Shown one piece after another: positions 8,987-17,290 of a stretch of 64,000 bases of DNA (position 1 is its first letter; the number at the start of each line of letters is the position of its first letter). Both the position numbers and the translations under genes were made by a program. This DNA comes from Chthoniobacterales bacterium. Its GTDB lineage: Bacteria; Verrucomicrobiota; Verrucomicrobiia; Chthoniobacterales; JACTMZ01. The stretch lies in contig JAJTYZ010000114.1 of NCBI GenBank assembly GCA_021463515.1, positions 263 through 64,262 on the forward strand, given 5' to 3'. The notes under the pieces were generated by a model, which had not been told where the DNA came from, did no database searches, and saw only the letters and a list, made by a program, of their open reading frames with translations.

Positions 8987-11900
8987 ATGAAAATGAGGCA
9001 TTCATTCTTGTCGTTTTTTGCAGTGTTAACCTTGACCGTTTGCCCGCAACTTTTCGCGGAAGCTTTTCATGTGGATCGTTGCGGGGTGTGGGATGCGCGT
9101 TTTCCGGGCCATCGAGAAGCAGAGGATTTTGCCATCATGCAATTTCCCATGGTGCTGAGCAGTCGGCCCGATATGCGGCGAGTGGATGTATTTTTCGAAT
9201 ATCGCGGAGATTTGCCCATGAAACAATCGCAGGACGGGAAGCCTCCAGCGACGGCATCGCTCAATGGCAAGCCCATCCACGTAGATCTGCGCTTTGGAAA
9301 TTCCGGGGCGACGCAATGGGTGAGAGCAAAGTTAAAGCTTCCGGACAAAGACATGAAATACGCGGAAAAAGGGGCACCCAATGATCTCCGAATCAGCCTC
9401 CATGCCTCGGATGGCACGTCCTTTGAAAAGCAGATCATCATCCCGGGGCTTACCCTTTCCTCGATGGATCAGCGTATCCTCGATGGCAAAGCCGCCGATA
9501 TTAATAGCTTCAACTACGCGATGGCGGTTAAAATTCCGCCTAACAAACTCGAATTTTCCAAGGGCATTCCGAAAATCGGTAAAGTTGGATTTGGCTTTCA
9601 ATTAAACGGCAAGTTGACTTTTTACCCGTTCACGAAGAAAAAAATTAATGACACGTATGGTGGCGTAAATCTCATAGCCGGCGAGAAAAAGTACGCCATT
9701 AAGGTCGGCAGCAAAAGCTCTGCCACATGGAGAAAAGGGGAATGGGATTACGACGAATGGAAAGCCTATATGGCGTTTTCACAAACGATTGAAATTTGGC
9801 AGCTCTCCTTTTTCGGGACATTGCCGCCGGAGACCAAAAAAGTCATTGAAGCGATTCCCTTTGCCGGGCCGGATATCCGCAAAGGATTAGAAGGTTTTAA
9901 GGCTTCGTTGGAAGCCGAGCCAACTCTCACAGGTGCTGCCAGCCTCGGGTTAAAGCCGGAAGATCCTTTTATTAAAAACTGGACGCTCAATGGAGAAATG
10001 GATGTTCGGCTTTCCCTTAATATGGCACTGGAAATTACGGCTTTGGGAAAATTCGGCGCAAGAGCACTTTTGGGCGGGAAAATTGACTTGGGCGTTCAGT
10101 CCCCCGCGACCCCGACTTTTTATACCTGCAAAGGTCAAATCTATGTCGGTGCCGACCTTTACTTTGCCTGCTTCGAATCCAATTTCCGCTATGCGCTGCT
10201 GGAATTTAACCTCAGTGCCGCCCCAAAAAATATCTTGCCGCCTATCAACACTTCGAAATCCAACGAACTCACGGCACCGCTTTTTCAGATTATGAAAATC
10301 CCCGAGGAAGATGAATTTTTTCCGCTTCAAGGTCTCTCACAAAACTCCGTAGAGCACGTGAAGCCATCGCAAGAAATCACCGCATTGGCGAATCACTTCC
10401 GTCAAATATCCGCCCCCGCAATGCCTCAGGCAATGACCTTGCAATTAGGAAATGACCCCCATGACATCCAAATTAAAAGCTCTGCCACATTACCCATTGT
10501 CAATCATCTCTCGCCACTGGCATGGCCAAGCATGGCTGCCTCGCAGGATGCACAACTCGTAATTTTCGGCGTGGACACCCGTGAGTCGAATGTGAAGCCC
10601 CGCAATCCCGTGCAATTCAGCAAACTCCTGTGGACACTCTGCGATGCCAATGGGAATTGGTCCGCGCCGCAACCGATGCCTGCCGGGAATGACGCTGCCC
10701 AAATGATGGCTTCTGCCGCCTACAACAATGCAGATTCCTTTCTTGCTGTGTGGCAACAAATGCGTGACCCAAATTTTCAGGGAGAGGACCCAGGAAGCTG
10801 GATGAACCAAAATGAAATCGTCGCTGCAAAATTTGATCTGAAGGAAAAAACATGGACGCTGCAACCCATTTCCAAGTCCACTGCAGGTACCGGCGATTAT
10901 TCTCCGCAGATCGCCATGGGCGCAACCATGCAGGGCAAAGCCGTTCCCGCCCTCGCTGTCTGGCTCCATGGAAAAATTCCGCCTATCAGCGCGTCAGGCG
11001 AAACTTCCACCGAGCCTGCAAACGTAACTTTCCATTGGTCCCGCTACCACAACAGCATTTGGAGCACGCCGGATTTCTCGACGACCGATGGAAATATGCA
11101 GGCTCTCAAAGCACCCAAGGGACTCCTGGCGTTTGATCTCGCCGCCACGGAGAATGCCAATATTTTGGGTGGCGTACTCGTCTATTCCTTCGTCGCAGCC
11201 GACGGCACGACGAAACTTGCCTGCCGTTATTTCTACGAACAACTTCCTCACGATTCTCAGCAACAGTCCCACCCGCCCATTTGGGGGCCCGAAGTCATCA
11301 TTGCCGATCAAGGAATCAATCTCGATCCGATTGTCGAAATGCGCCAAGTGAACAGCGGCTTTATCGTGTGGAATCAAAATGGCAATCTCGTGAGCACAGA
11401 ATTTCGTCTCAGCACAAGCACGTCGAAATTTGACAAGCTAACGGTGATTCGAAAGGCCCCAACCGGCAGTGAGTTTTACAACATTCATGCCATCCCATTT
11501 AAAGTCGGCGAATGGTCGGGTGGCAAACTTAAGGACCAAGCGATCGCGTGGAATGAACAGACGGATGATGGCCCGAGTATTGTGCTTACGGTTTATGATG
11601 CATACACCAGCACATGGAGTGAGCCCTTCTCCCTCACACCCGGAGATGCCTTGGAATCACTTTATGATCTTAAGAGCGATCGAAATGGCAACCTCATGCC
11701 GCTCTATGTTCATACCGACTTGAGCTATGAGAACGTAAAGACTCAGGATGAAAATGGGAATGCCGTACAAGTCGAGAGCGCACCGGTTCCGGAAGCCGAA
11801 AGCCTACGCATCGGAAAATTCCGCCCTTTGCGAGCTGTTGGTTTTGCATCCAATGGATTATCCACCACCTCGGAGGAGTTTATGGGAGGCACCAAGGTTA

Positions 11901-12517
11901 ACCTAACGGCTTCTGTCTCAAATTATGGCATTCTCGGGGTTAAGCCGCTGACGGTACGTTTTTATCAGGGCAATCCCAAAACCGGCGGAAATGAAATCGG
12001 CAAAAAGGACACTCAGGTTCTCCCGGGAGGTGCCACCGCACAAGTGACAATCGAATGGGATTTACCTGAGGATATTTGGGAAAAAGATAATGCGGCCACC
12101 GAAATTTATGCTGTGTTAGATACCAACCATCCCAGTGCCGCAACGAAGATTATCGGAGACACCGCCAGCCTTTATTTGGAAGGAATCCGTCTCGATGCCA
12201 GCGTCGAAGCAAAAACCCTTTTAGCCGATGGCTCCTTTAGCGTGGAAGTTGGCATCCAAAATTCCGGCTTCCCCAACACGGGTTCCTTTCCCGTGGTCAT
12301 TTATGATTACGCAGGCATTCACGAAATCACACGCGGAATGATGCCACGTGTCGATGCCGGAGGCTTTGAACAAGTCACTCTCGAAATGCCTGCCGGAAGT
12401 GCAGGAACAGCACCCGAAGGAAAAGATTTTTTGGTGAAAATAGACCCTGAAAACACTCTCAAACTTTCCGGTAATCCGAAATTGGAGAAAAAGCTCCATG
12501 TAAAATCTAAGCCATGA
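8987..12517 (+). CDS. Large secreted protein of unknown function (about 1176 aa) with two C-terminal CARDB-like Ig-fold modules
   Basis: Trimmed to MKMRHSFLSFFAVLTLTVCPQLFAEAF, a signal-peptide-like N-terminus. C-terminal segments (VNLTASVSNYGILGVKPLTVRFYQGNP...ATAQVTIEWDLP, about 11.88-12.13 kb; SVEVGIQNSGFPNTGSFPVVIYD...FEQVTLEMP, about 12.22-12.47 kb) resemble CARDB domains. The rest is unrecognised. Confidence 0.75.
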   Translation: MKMRHSFLSFFAVLTLTVCPQLFAEAFHVDRCGVWDARFPGHREAEDFAIMQFPMVLSSRPDMRRVDVFFEYRGDLPMKQSQDGKPPATASLNGKPIHVDLRFGNSGATQWVRAKLKLPDKDMKYAEKGAPNDLRISLHASDGTSFEKQIIIPGLTLSSMDQRILDGKAADINSFNYAMAVKIPPNKLEFSKGIPKIGKVGFGFQLNGKLTFYPFTKKKINDTYGGVNLIAGEKKYAIKVGSKSSATWRKGEWDYDEWKAYMAFSQTIEIWQLSFFGTLPPETKKVIEAIPFAGPDIRKGLEGFKASLEAEPTLTGAASLGLKPEDPFIKNWTLNGEMDVRLSLNMALEITALGKFGARALLGGKIDLGVQSPATPTFYTCKGQIYVGADLYFACFESNFRYALLEFNLSAAPKNILPPINTSKSNELTAPLFQIMKIPEEDEFFPLQGLSQNSVEHVKPSQEITALANHFRQISAPAMPQAMTLQLGNDPHDIQIKSSATLPIVNHLSPLAWPSMAASQDAQLVIFGVDTRESNVKPRNPVQFSKLLWTLCDANGNWSAPQPMPAGNDAAQMMASAAYNNADSFLAVWQQMRDPNFQGEDPGSWMNQNEIVAAKFDLKEKTWTLQPISKSTAGTGDYSPQIAMGATMQGKAVPALAVWLHGKIPPISASGETSTEPANVTFHWSRYHNSIWSTPDFSTTDGNMQALKAPKGLLAFDLAATENANILGGVLVYSFVAADGTTKLACRYFYEQLPHDSQQQSHPPIWGPEVIIADQGINLDPIVEMRQVNSGFIVWNQNGNLVSTEFRLSTSTSKFDKLTVIRKAPTGSEFYNIHAIPFKVGEWSGGKLKDQAIAWNEQTDDGPSIVLTVYDAYTSTWSEPFSLTPGDALESLYDLKSDRNGNLMPLYVHTDLSYENVKTQDENGNAVQVESAPVPEAESLRIGKFRPLRAVGFASNGLSTTSEEFMGGTKVNLTASVSNYGILGVKPLTVRFYQGNPKTGGNEIGKKDTQVLPGGATAQVTIEWDLPEDIWEKDNAATEIYAVLDTNHPSAATKIIGDTASLYLEGIRLDASVEAKTLLADGSFSVEVGIQNSGFPNTGSFPVVIYDYAGIHEITRGMMPRVDAGGFEQVTLEMPAGSAGTAPEGKDFLVKIDPENTLKLSGNPKLEKKLHVKSKP

Positions 12518-12656
12518 AGGTCTCCCCCTTCCGCATCAACGGATGGACTGAGACAATTGTGGAAAGAGCCATCTCCGCCTTCGGTTCCGGTTTGACCGTG
12601 TTTGTATTTCGATCGCAGGCGAACCGGAGCAACACGGTGATAGTGCTGCCTCTCCT

Positions 12657-12705
12657 AACCAAGACAATCTTGGTTGGCAGTAACCGCGCCCAATCGGGCG
12701 CGGTT
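12657..12705. terminator. Twin hairpins between convergent genes; candidate bidirectional terminator
   Basis: AACCAAGA-caa-TCTTGGTT (12657..12675) and AACCGCGCCC-aatc-GGGCGCGGTT (12682..12705). The second is a perfect 10-bp GC-rich stem. Neither has a strong T-tract. Confidence 0.45.
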
Positions 12706-12746
12706 GCCGGAAACATCCGCAACTTTTTACACCACGATATGTCGCG

Positions 12747-15704
12747 TTAGTTCTCTGCTGCGGAGAAGGTGAATTTGTAGGTATCCGCAGGAAGCGGGCC
12801 CGAGCCGTCGGCTTTCATCACTCGATCGGTATTGAGCAGGAGTCGTCCGACATCTTGCCGACCCAGCCGCCAAATACGCAGCTTATCGCCATTCTTAGCA
12901 ACAACGGGAATCGTGCGTCCGTCTTTTACCACAGCCGTGACCGGCGTCCCCAAGAATGTTCCCAGCGCATCGTCGCCTTGCACGCGGTAAAATACCTTGG
13001 CCAAATCCTTGCCCGTGTCCACATAGACCACAGGCAAATTACTCCAGCGGCCTACCGTGGGACTCGGGCTATAAGTCCCCGTACCCGTGACAGGCTTCGT
13101 GCCTGTTTCAAGGTCGTAGAGATCAAAGCCGTCCTTCGATACATTCTTGATGGTGAATTTGCCATTGGCTTCCTTCACGCCGATCACTTGATCAATCAGC
13201 ACCTTCTCATTCTCCGCGAGGTGATGCGGCGCATCAGTCGTCACGTGAATGGGGGTGCCACTTTTAACGAACTTAATGGCACTTGGCAGCGTGTCTGTTT
13301 CATCTCCAGAGAACTTCGCATCGGCTGTTACCGGCCCATAAGGTGCTTGGATGGCCCACACGTTTTTATTCACCAACCCTTTTTCTCCGGCAACGGTGAG
13401 AATCAGGTTGTTGGCCCCACCCGCCCCAATATCGGCGGTGTCATCATCTACGGAGAAGCCATAGCCCGAGAAACCAAGTTCCACATGAACAAACCAGACG
13501 AAAGGATCGAGGTTAAAGACATTGTACGTCTGACCTCCCGTGGGCTCGGCGGGATCGGGATACCAGTGCAAATGCTTGCCTTTTGCATCCACAACATCGG
13601 GATATTTGGTGAAGTCGCTCACCCCGCGTAAAACGGATTTGATGAGATCACGAATCATCGCAATGGCCATCTGACCATCCACCGAATCTTTGGCGGGTTG
13701 ATCAAATATGTAGCCCATATTAGCACCAATAATGTCCTGCATGAATTTGCACTGGCTGTCGTTGTTTTTGTGCCCAATCTGATTCATGGAAGCCATGATG
13801 AGATAAACCGCTTGCGAAAATTCGTAAGGACGACGCCACTCATCTTCCTTCGCAAAATTGAATTTGAGGAGCGGATATCCGGGCTGCCCTGCTTTGGGAG
13901 TCCAAATCAATGGATTGTAAGTCGGTGGCTCAATGGTAAACTTTTGATTCAGCGCAGGATTTCTTGCCACTTGACTTAGAACAGCAGATTTCTTATCGCT
14001 GGCGACTTGGAGAATGACTGCCGCCCCTTGATGTGGCCCCGTTTCTGTCATCGCATCATCCAATCCAGGCCCCTTCACCGCCATCCCTGGTACCAAGCCG
14101 GGTACGGGCTGAGTAAAAGAAATCGTCGCAGAACGAACTTCCATCGAACCTTGAACCGTAATGGGCGCCGTGGGCGCATTGGGATTTTTATCCTTCCAAT
14201 GATCCAAATAATACTGCGCCCATGAATACCAAAGTCGCAGCATCGTATCCGCCGCATAATCATTAACCGGACGCGTAAAAACATACGTCGTCATATCGCT
14301 TGTGTTGGCGAGCGGCTTGCTCAAGGTGACGGTGTAAGCTTTTGGATCCTTAGAAATCACGGTCGTACCCTCTTGGATGGGATTGGGCTTGGGTTTTTCG
14401 GGTGCCGGGTTGGCCGTGACAATCATGCCCGGCTGAATAAAATCCATCTTCGCTTTTCCTTCCTGAGGGTTGAGGCTCAATACTGCATTTCCTTTGGGGC
14501 TTGTTGTCGCCGAGTTGCCCAAAGCCAAAAATTTGGCACCCGTTCCTCCGCTAGAAAGCATGAACTTTACCGTCGTCCAATCCCCCGCTTTCTCATAACT
14601 CCCCGGCGTTGCCTTGAGCGGACTTTGAGCAAAGATATTGGCGCCGGATGGAATTTTTATGGGCTGCTTCGCATCCCCCGAAGGATTAGGGATATTGTAA
14701 AAAGGCCACCCTTTCCCTCCAAAATACTGTCCCAATAACTTGTTGGGTTTCGTTTTATCACCCTCCGCCGTAAACTCACGAATTTTAGCTTGGAGAGATT
14801 CAATGTTGCCAATGGAACCCGTCCAGCCATTGGGTTCAGGCTGCGAACCCGGCGTCCAACGTCCATTTTTATTGGGATCGGGCATCGCTCCAGAAATCGG
14901 CGGGAGCACCCAAGCATCCGTCACCTCCATCGCCAATGGGAGATAAAGATTGTCCACATTCGACACATCATAATTAATCAATGTCACCAACTCGGTATCC
15001 GGAATTTGATCCTTCGTCTTAAGTTTAACCATGTATTCATGATCGCGGATCGTCCACTCCGCGAGTTGGTCTTCGGAATCATCATTGGGTGCCTCCGCCA
15101 AAGTATCCGTCGCCCGATACCACATCACCACACCATCTTTGCTCTGCGCCGGCGCAATGGCGCGGATGGAAGCCGGACGATATCGCAACGGATTGGGATC
15201 GGTCGTCGTTAGGTACGTGCCATCGGTGCCAATACCAATGCGTGCGCCATTCCAAAATACCAAAGGCAATGACACCGTGATGCTTTGCCCCGCCTTCAAT
15301 CCGAAATAACAAGTGTCACCTTCCTTGTACCCAATATAGCCACGGTATTCCTTATCCGTGGGATCGTAGGGATCATAGAGCCCTTCGGTGGAACCTTCCG
15401 CTGTTGTTTTAGAATTCGGATTACGCATGATCGGATACACCGTCTTGTCGGAATTATTTACGATCGTCAGCGTCTTGTTGGGAATCGTATTCCCCTGCGG
15501 GTCCTTTCCGTAAGTAAGGACTTTTCCCGTTAATGTCCCCGGCCCCGGATTGGGATCCCAAGGCTGCGGCTTACTTGGATCCGTCACTCCCGTGGTGCCG
15601 GTAGGCATCGGGATTTTCTCCTCCGCTCTCGCAGGTGAAAAAAACAAGGACGTGCTGGCTGCAAGCACAGCACCCATGAGCAGGCGATGACGTTTTGCTT
15701 TCAT
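12747..15704 (-). CDS. Large secreted protein of unknown function (about 985 aa)
   Basis: The track ORF starts at TTG 15725. I trimmed it to the ATG at 15704, giving MKAKRHRLLMGAVLAASTSLFFSPARA|EE, a good signal peptide. Pro/Thr/Gly-rich beta-type sequence. A C-terminal stretch (IHVTTDAPHHLAENEKVLIDQVIGVKEANGKFTIKNVSKDGFDLYD) resembles small E1-FCCH-like beta-barrel modules seen in phage and surface proteins (low confidence). Confidence 0.75.
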   Translation of the reverse strand: MKAKRHRLLMGAVLAASTSLFFSPARAEEKIPMPTGTTGVTDPSKPQPWDPNPGPGTLTGKVLTYGKDPQGNTIPNKTLTIVNNSDKTVYPIMRNPNSKTTAEGSTEGLYDPYDPTDKEYRGYIGYKEGDTCYFGLKAGQSITVSLPLVFWNGARIGIGTDGTYLTTTDPNPLRYRPASIRAIAPAQSKDGVVMWYRATDTLAEAPNDDSEDQLAEWTIRDHEYMVKLKTKDQIPDTELVTLINYDVSNVDNLYLPLAMEVTDAWVLPPISGAMPDPNKNGRWTPGSQPEPNGWTGSIGNIESLQAKIREFTAEGDKTKPNKLLGQYFGGKGWPFYNIPNPSGDAKQPIKIPSGANIFAQSPLKATPGSYEKAGDWTTVKFMLSSGGTGAKFLALGNSATTSPKGNAVLSLNPQEGKAKMDFIQPGMIVTANPAPEKPKPNPIQEGTTVISKDPKAYTVTLSKPLANTSDMTTYVFTRPVNDYAADTMLRLWYSWAQYYLDHWKDKNPNAPTAPITVQGSMEVRSATISFTQPVPGLVPGMAVKGPGLDDAMTETGPHQGAAVILQVASDKKSAVLSQVARNPALNQKFTIEPPTYNPLIWTPKAGQPGYPLLKFNFAKEDEWRRPYEFSQAVYLIMASMNQIGHKNNDSQCKFMQDIIGANMGYIFDQPAKDSVDGQMAIAMIRDLIKSVLRGVSDFTKYPDVVDAKGKHLHWYPDPAEPTGGQTYNVFNLDPFVWFVHVELGFSGYGFSVDDDTADIGAGGANNLILTVAGEKGLVNKNVWAIQAPYGPVTADAKFSGDETDTLPSAIKFVKSGTPIHVTTDAPHHLAENEKVLIDQVIGVKEANGKFTIKNVSKDGFDLYDLETGTKPVTGTGTYSPSPTVGRWSNLPVVYVDTGKDLAKVFYRVQGDDALGTFLGTPVTAVVKDGRTIPVVAKNGDKLRIWRLGRQDVGRLLLNTDRVMKADGSGPLPADTYKFTFSAAEN

Positions 15705-15765
15705 AAATAATTTCGAGGCCGTCAAAATTCCACGGCTTTTCCAAAAGAAAAATCACTTCGTGATT

Positions 15766-15795
15766 AGCGGCAGTTAAGAGCGGGATGAGCGGTCA
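15766..15795 (+). promoter_or_regulatory. Direct-repeat box B (AGCGGCAG-N10-GATGAGCGGTCA); candidate LytTR-type operator
   Basis: Reads AGCGGCAGTTAAGAGCGGGATGAGCGGTCA. Half-sites at 15766 and 15788 (22-bp period). It lies 62 nt upstream of the ATG (15704) of the 985-aa secreted protein gene, in the same relative orientation as box A to gspE. It is 196 nt from the divergent regulator gene. Confidence 0.55.
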
Positions 15796-15990
15796 TCAGC
15801 ACCTCCCACCCAAAGAAAATCAGTGCTTGCGCTCCGAAGAAATCACTAAAAATGATCCGCAATTTCGCACGCATCTCACATCCGATCTCATCTCCTCCCC
15901 AAAATTGAATCGCATCGGCGCAGCCAAAGAAAACGAACCTTTCCTACCATCCATCCGCAATTTTCGACGCTTCGTCACATTTCCATTGAG

Positions 15991-16866
15991 GTGATGTTTT
16001 TCTTCGGAGACTTCAATGCGATCAGACATTTCATGCGTTTGAATCACCCAAGTTGTAAGCGTTATAGAAGGGAGTCCGCCGAAGGAAAAAAAGATCCGGT
16101 GTCCTCCTCCCCTTCCACGTCGCCCCAAAGCCAGCTTCCTTTCCGCGCTGTGTTGCTTGATGACAATCCAAATGATCGCGATCACGTGCGTGCCATGCTG
16201 CGACGCCATCCTTCGATCCAACTTGCCGGTGAAGCAACCACGTTGAAGCAGGCTCTCGAAATGATAAGTCAGAAACGAATTGATGTTATGTTCCTCGAGA
16301 GCGAAATCAAAGGACGCTTTATCCTCGAAGAATGCCCCCTGATTCCTGCTGCCGTGAAATTAATTTTCCTCACCAACCACCAAATGGCCGCCGTGCGTGC
16401 CTTTGAATTGGAAGCTCTGGACTTTCTTCTCAAACCCCTGTCGTCCTCTCGCCTCAACGAAACCATACGTCGCCTTCTTCGCATTGATTGGCAACGAACA
16501 TCAACGCCACCCCTTTTGAAAACGGACAACAACGCGTCGGCACTTATCCCCTTTGAACGCGGACGTCGCGGTGCCTCACTCAGCGAAATTTCCCTCATTC
16601 AAGCATTCGGCAATTACACTCGCGTCACCTTCGACAAAGGTAAAAGCGAAATCGTTTTGCGCTCACTTGCAAAATGGGAGCAGTTGTTGCCCATGCCTCC
16701 CTTTCTTCGCGTGCATCGCAATGCCGTCGTCCACACAAACAAGGTTCGTGCTCTCGATGACATCAATGGCTGCAGTGTTCTGCGCTTAGACAACAATGAG
16801 GAAACCATCCCCGTAAGTCGCCGCTGTTTGCCGGAAGTTCGCCAAGCTCTTTTTGCCCAGCACTAA
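15991..16866 (+). CDS. Atypical LytTR-family response regulator (phospho-acceptor Asp replaced by Glu)
   Basis: The receiver domain aligns with the neighbouring regulator: RAVLLDDNPNDR...RIDVMFLESEIKG (against DIIFLDVQLRG)...LIFLTNHQMAAVRAFELEALDFLLKP. The C-terminal part is LytTR-like (FGNYTRVTF...LRVHRNAVVHTNKV). The start is uncertain: GTG 15991, ATG 15994 or ATG 16033. Confidence 0.75.
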   Translation: MMFFFGDFNAIRHFMRLNHPSCKRYRRESAEGKKDPVSSSPSTSPQSQLPFRAVLLDDNPNDRDHVRAMLRRHPSIQLAGEATTLKQALEMISQKRIDVMFLESEIKGRFILEECPLIPAAVKLIFLTNHQMAAVRAFELEALDFLLKPLSSSRLNETIRRLLRIDWQRTSTPPLLKTDNNASALIPFERGRRGASLSEISLIQAFGNYTRVTFDKGKSEIVLRSLAKWEQLLPMPPFLRVHRNAVVHTNKVRALDDINGCSVLRLDNNEETIPVSRRCLPEVRQALFAQH

Positions 16867-16868
16867 TT

Positions 16869-16898
16869 TAACCGCTCATCCAATCTGCGACTACCGCT
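16869..16898 (-). promoter_or_regulatory. Direct-repeat box C (AGCGGTAG-N10-GATGAGCGGTTA, on the minus strand); candidate LytTR-type operator upstream of the NHLP precursor
   Basis: The minus strand reads AGCGGTAGTCGCAGATTGGATGAGCGGTTA. It starts 3 nt after the regulator stop (16866). The AGCGGTAG half lies proximal to, and 60 nt upstream of, the precursor ATG at 16958. Confidence 0.55.
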
Positions 16899-16957
16899 TG
16901 TCCCCTTTGCGTCGCCTTCCGCGTCGGAGGCTCTCATGCTCCCGTTGTGTCCGTGTC

Positions 16958-17272
16958 ATGAACACCCACAATCCGCCCAACTTTTCTGAAATGACGCGTC
17001 GAGAAATCGAAGATTATCTTATCGAATTAGCGATGGTGAATCCTCTGTTTCGCGAACAACTTCTTGCCGAACCCACACGCGTTCTACGTGATCTCGGCCT
17101 TCCCGTAGGCGACAATGTGCATATCTGCGTTCTCGAAGAAGAACCGCAGTCCTTTTACCTCGTGCTGCCACGTGTACTGGAAGACCGAGAAAACGCCCAA
17201 GACTCCTGCGCCTCTACGTATCCCGCGAACAACACCACCGATATGTTTCGCTTTTTTCATGGCTACGCATAA
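16958..17272 (+). CDS. NHLP (nitrile-hydratase leader peptide) family RiPP precursor, 104 aa
   Basis: MNTHNPPNFSEMTRREIEDYLIELAMVNPLFREQLLAEPTRVLRDLGLPVGDNVHICVLEEEPQSFYLVLPRV matches the NHLP leader pattern (xxLExxLIxxAxxxxxFRxxLLxxPxxxL...G..LP....V.V.EE....YLVLP). This is followed by a 31-aa tail, LEDRENAQDSCASTYPANNTTDMFRFFHGYA. The track ORF starts at TTG 16853, which would run through box C; I prefer ATG 16958, with ATG 16991 as an alternative. Confidence 0.75.
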   Translation: MNTHNPPNFSEMTRREIEDYLIELAMVNPLFREQLLAEPTRVLRDLGLPVGDNVHICVLEEEPQSFYLVLPRVLEDRENAQDSCASTYPANNTTDMFRFFHGYA

Positions 17273-17290
17273 ATCGAGGGAATCAAAAAC

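Noticed and set aside
15785-15994. Track ORF of 69 aa (MSGHQHLPPKENQ...) in the divergent intergenic region.
   Set aside because: Its start codon lies inside box B, the composition is low-complexity, and it ends exactly where the regulator gene begins. It is most likely a non-coding promoter region.
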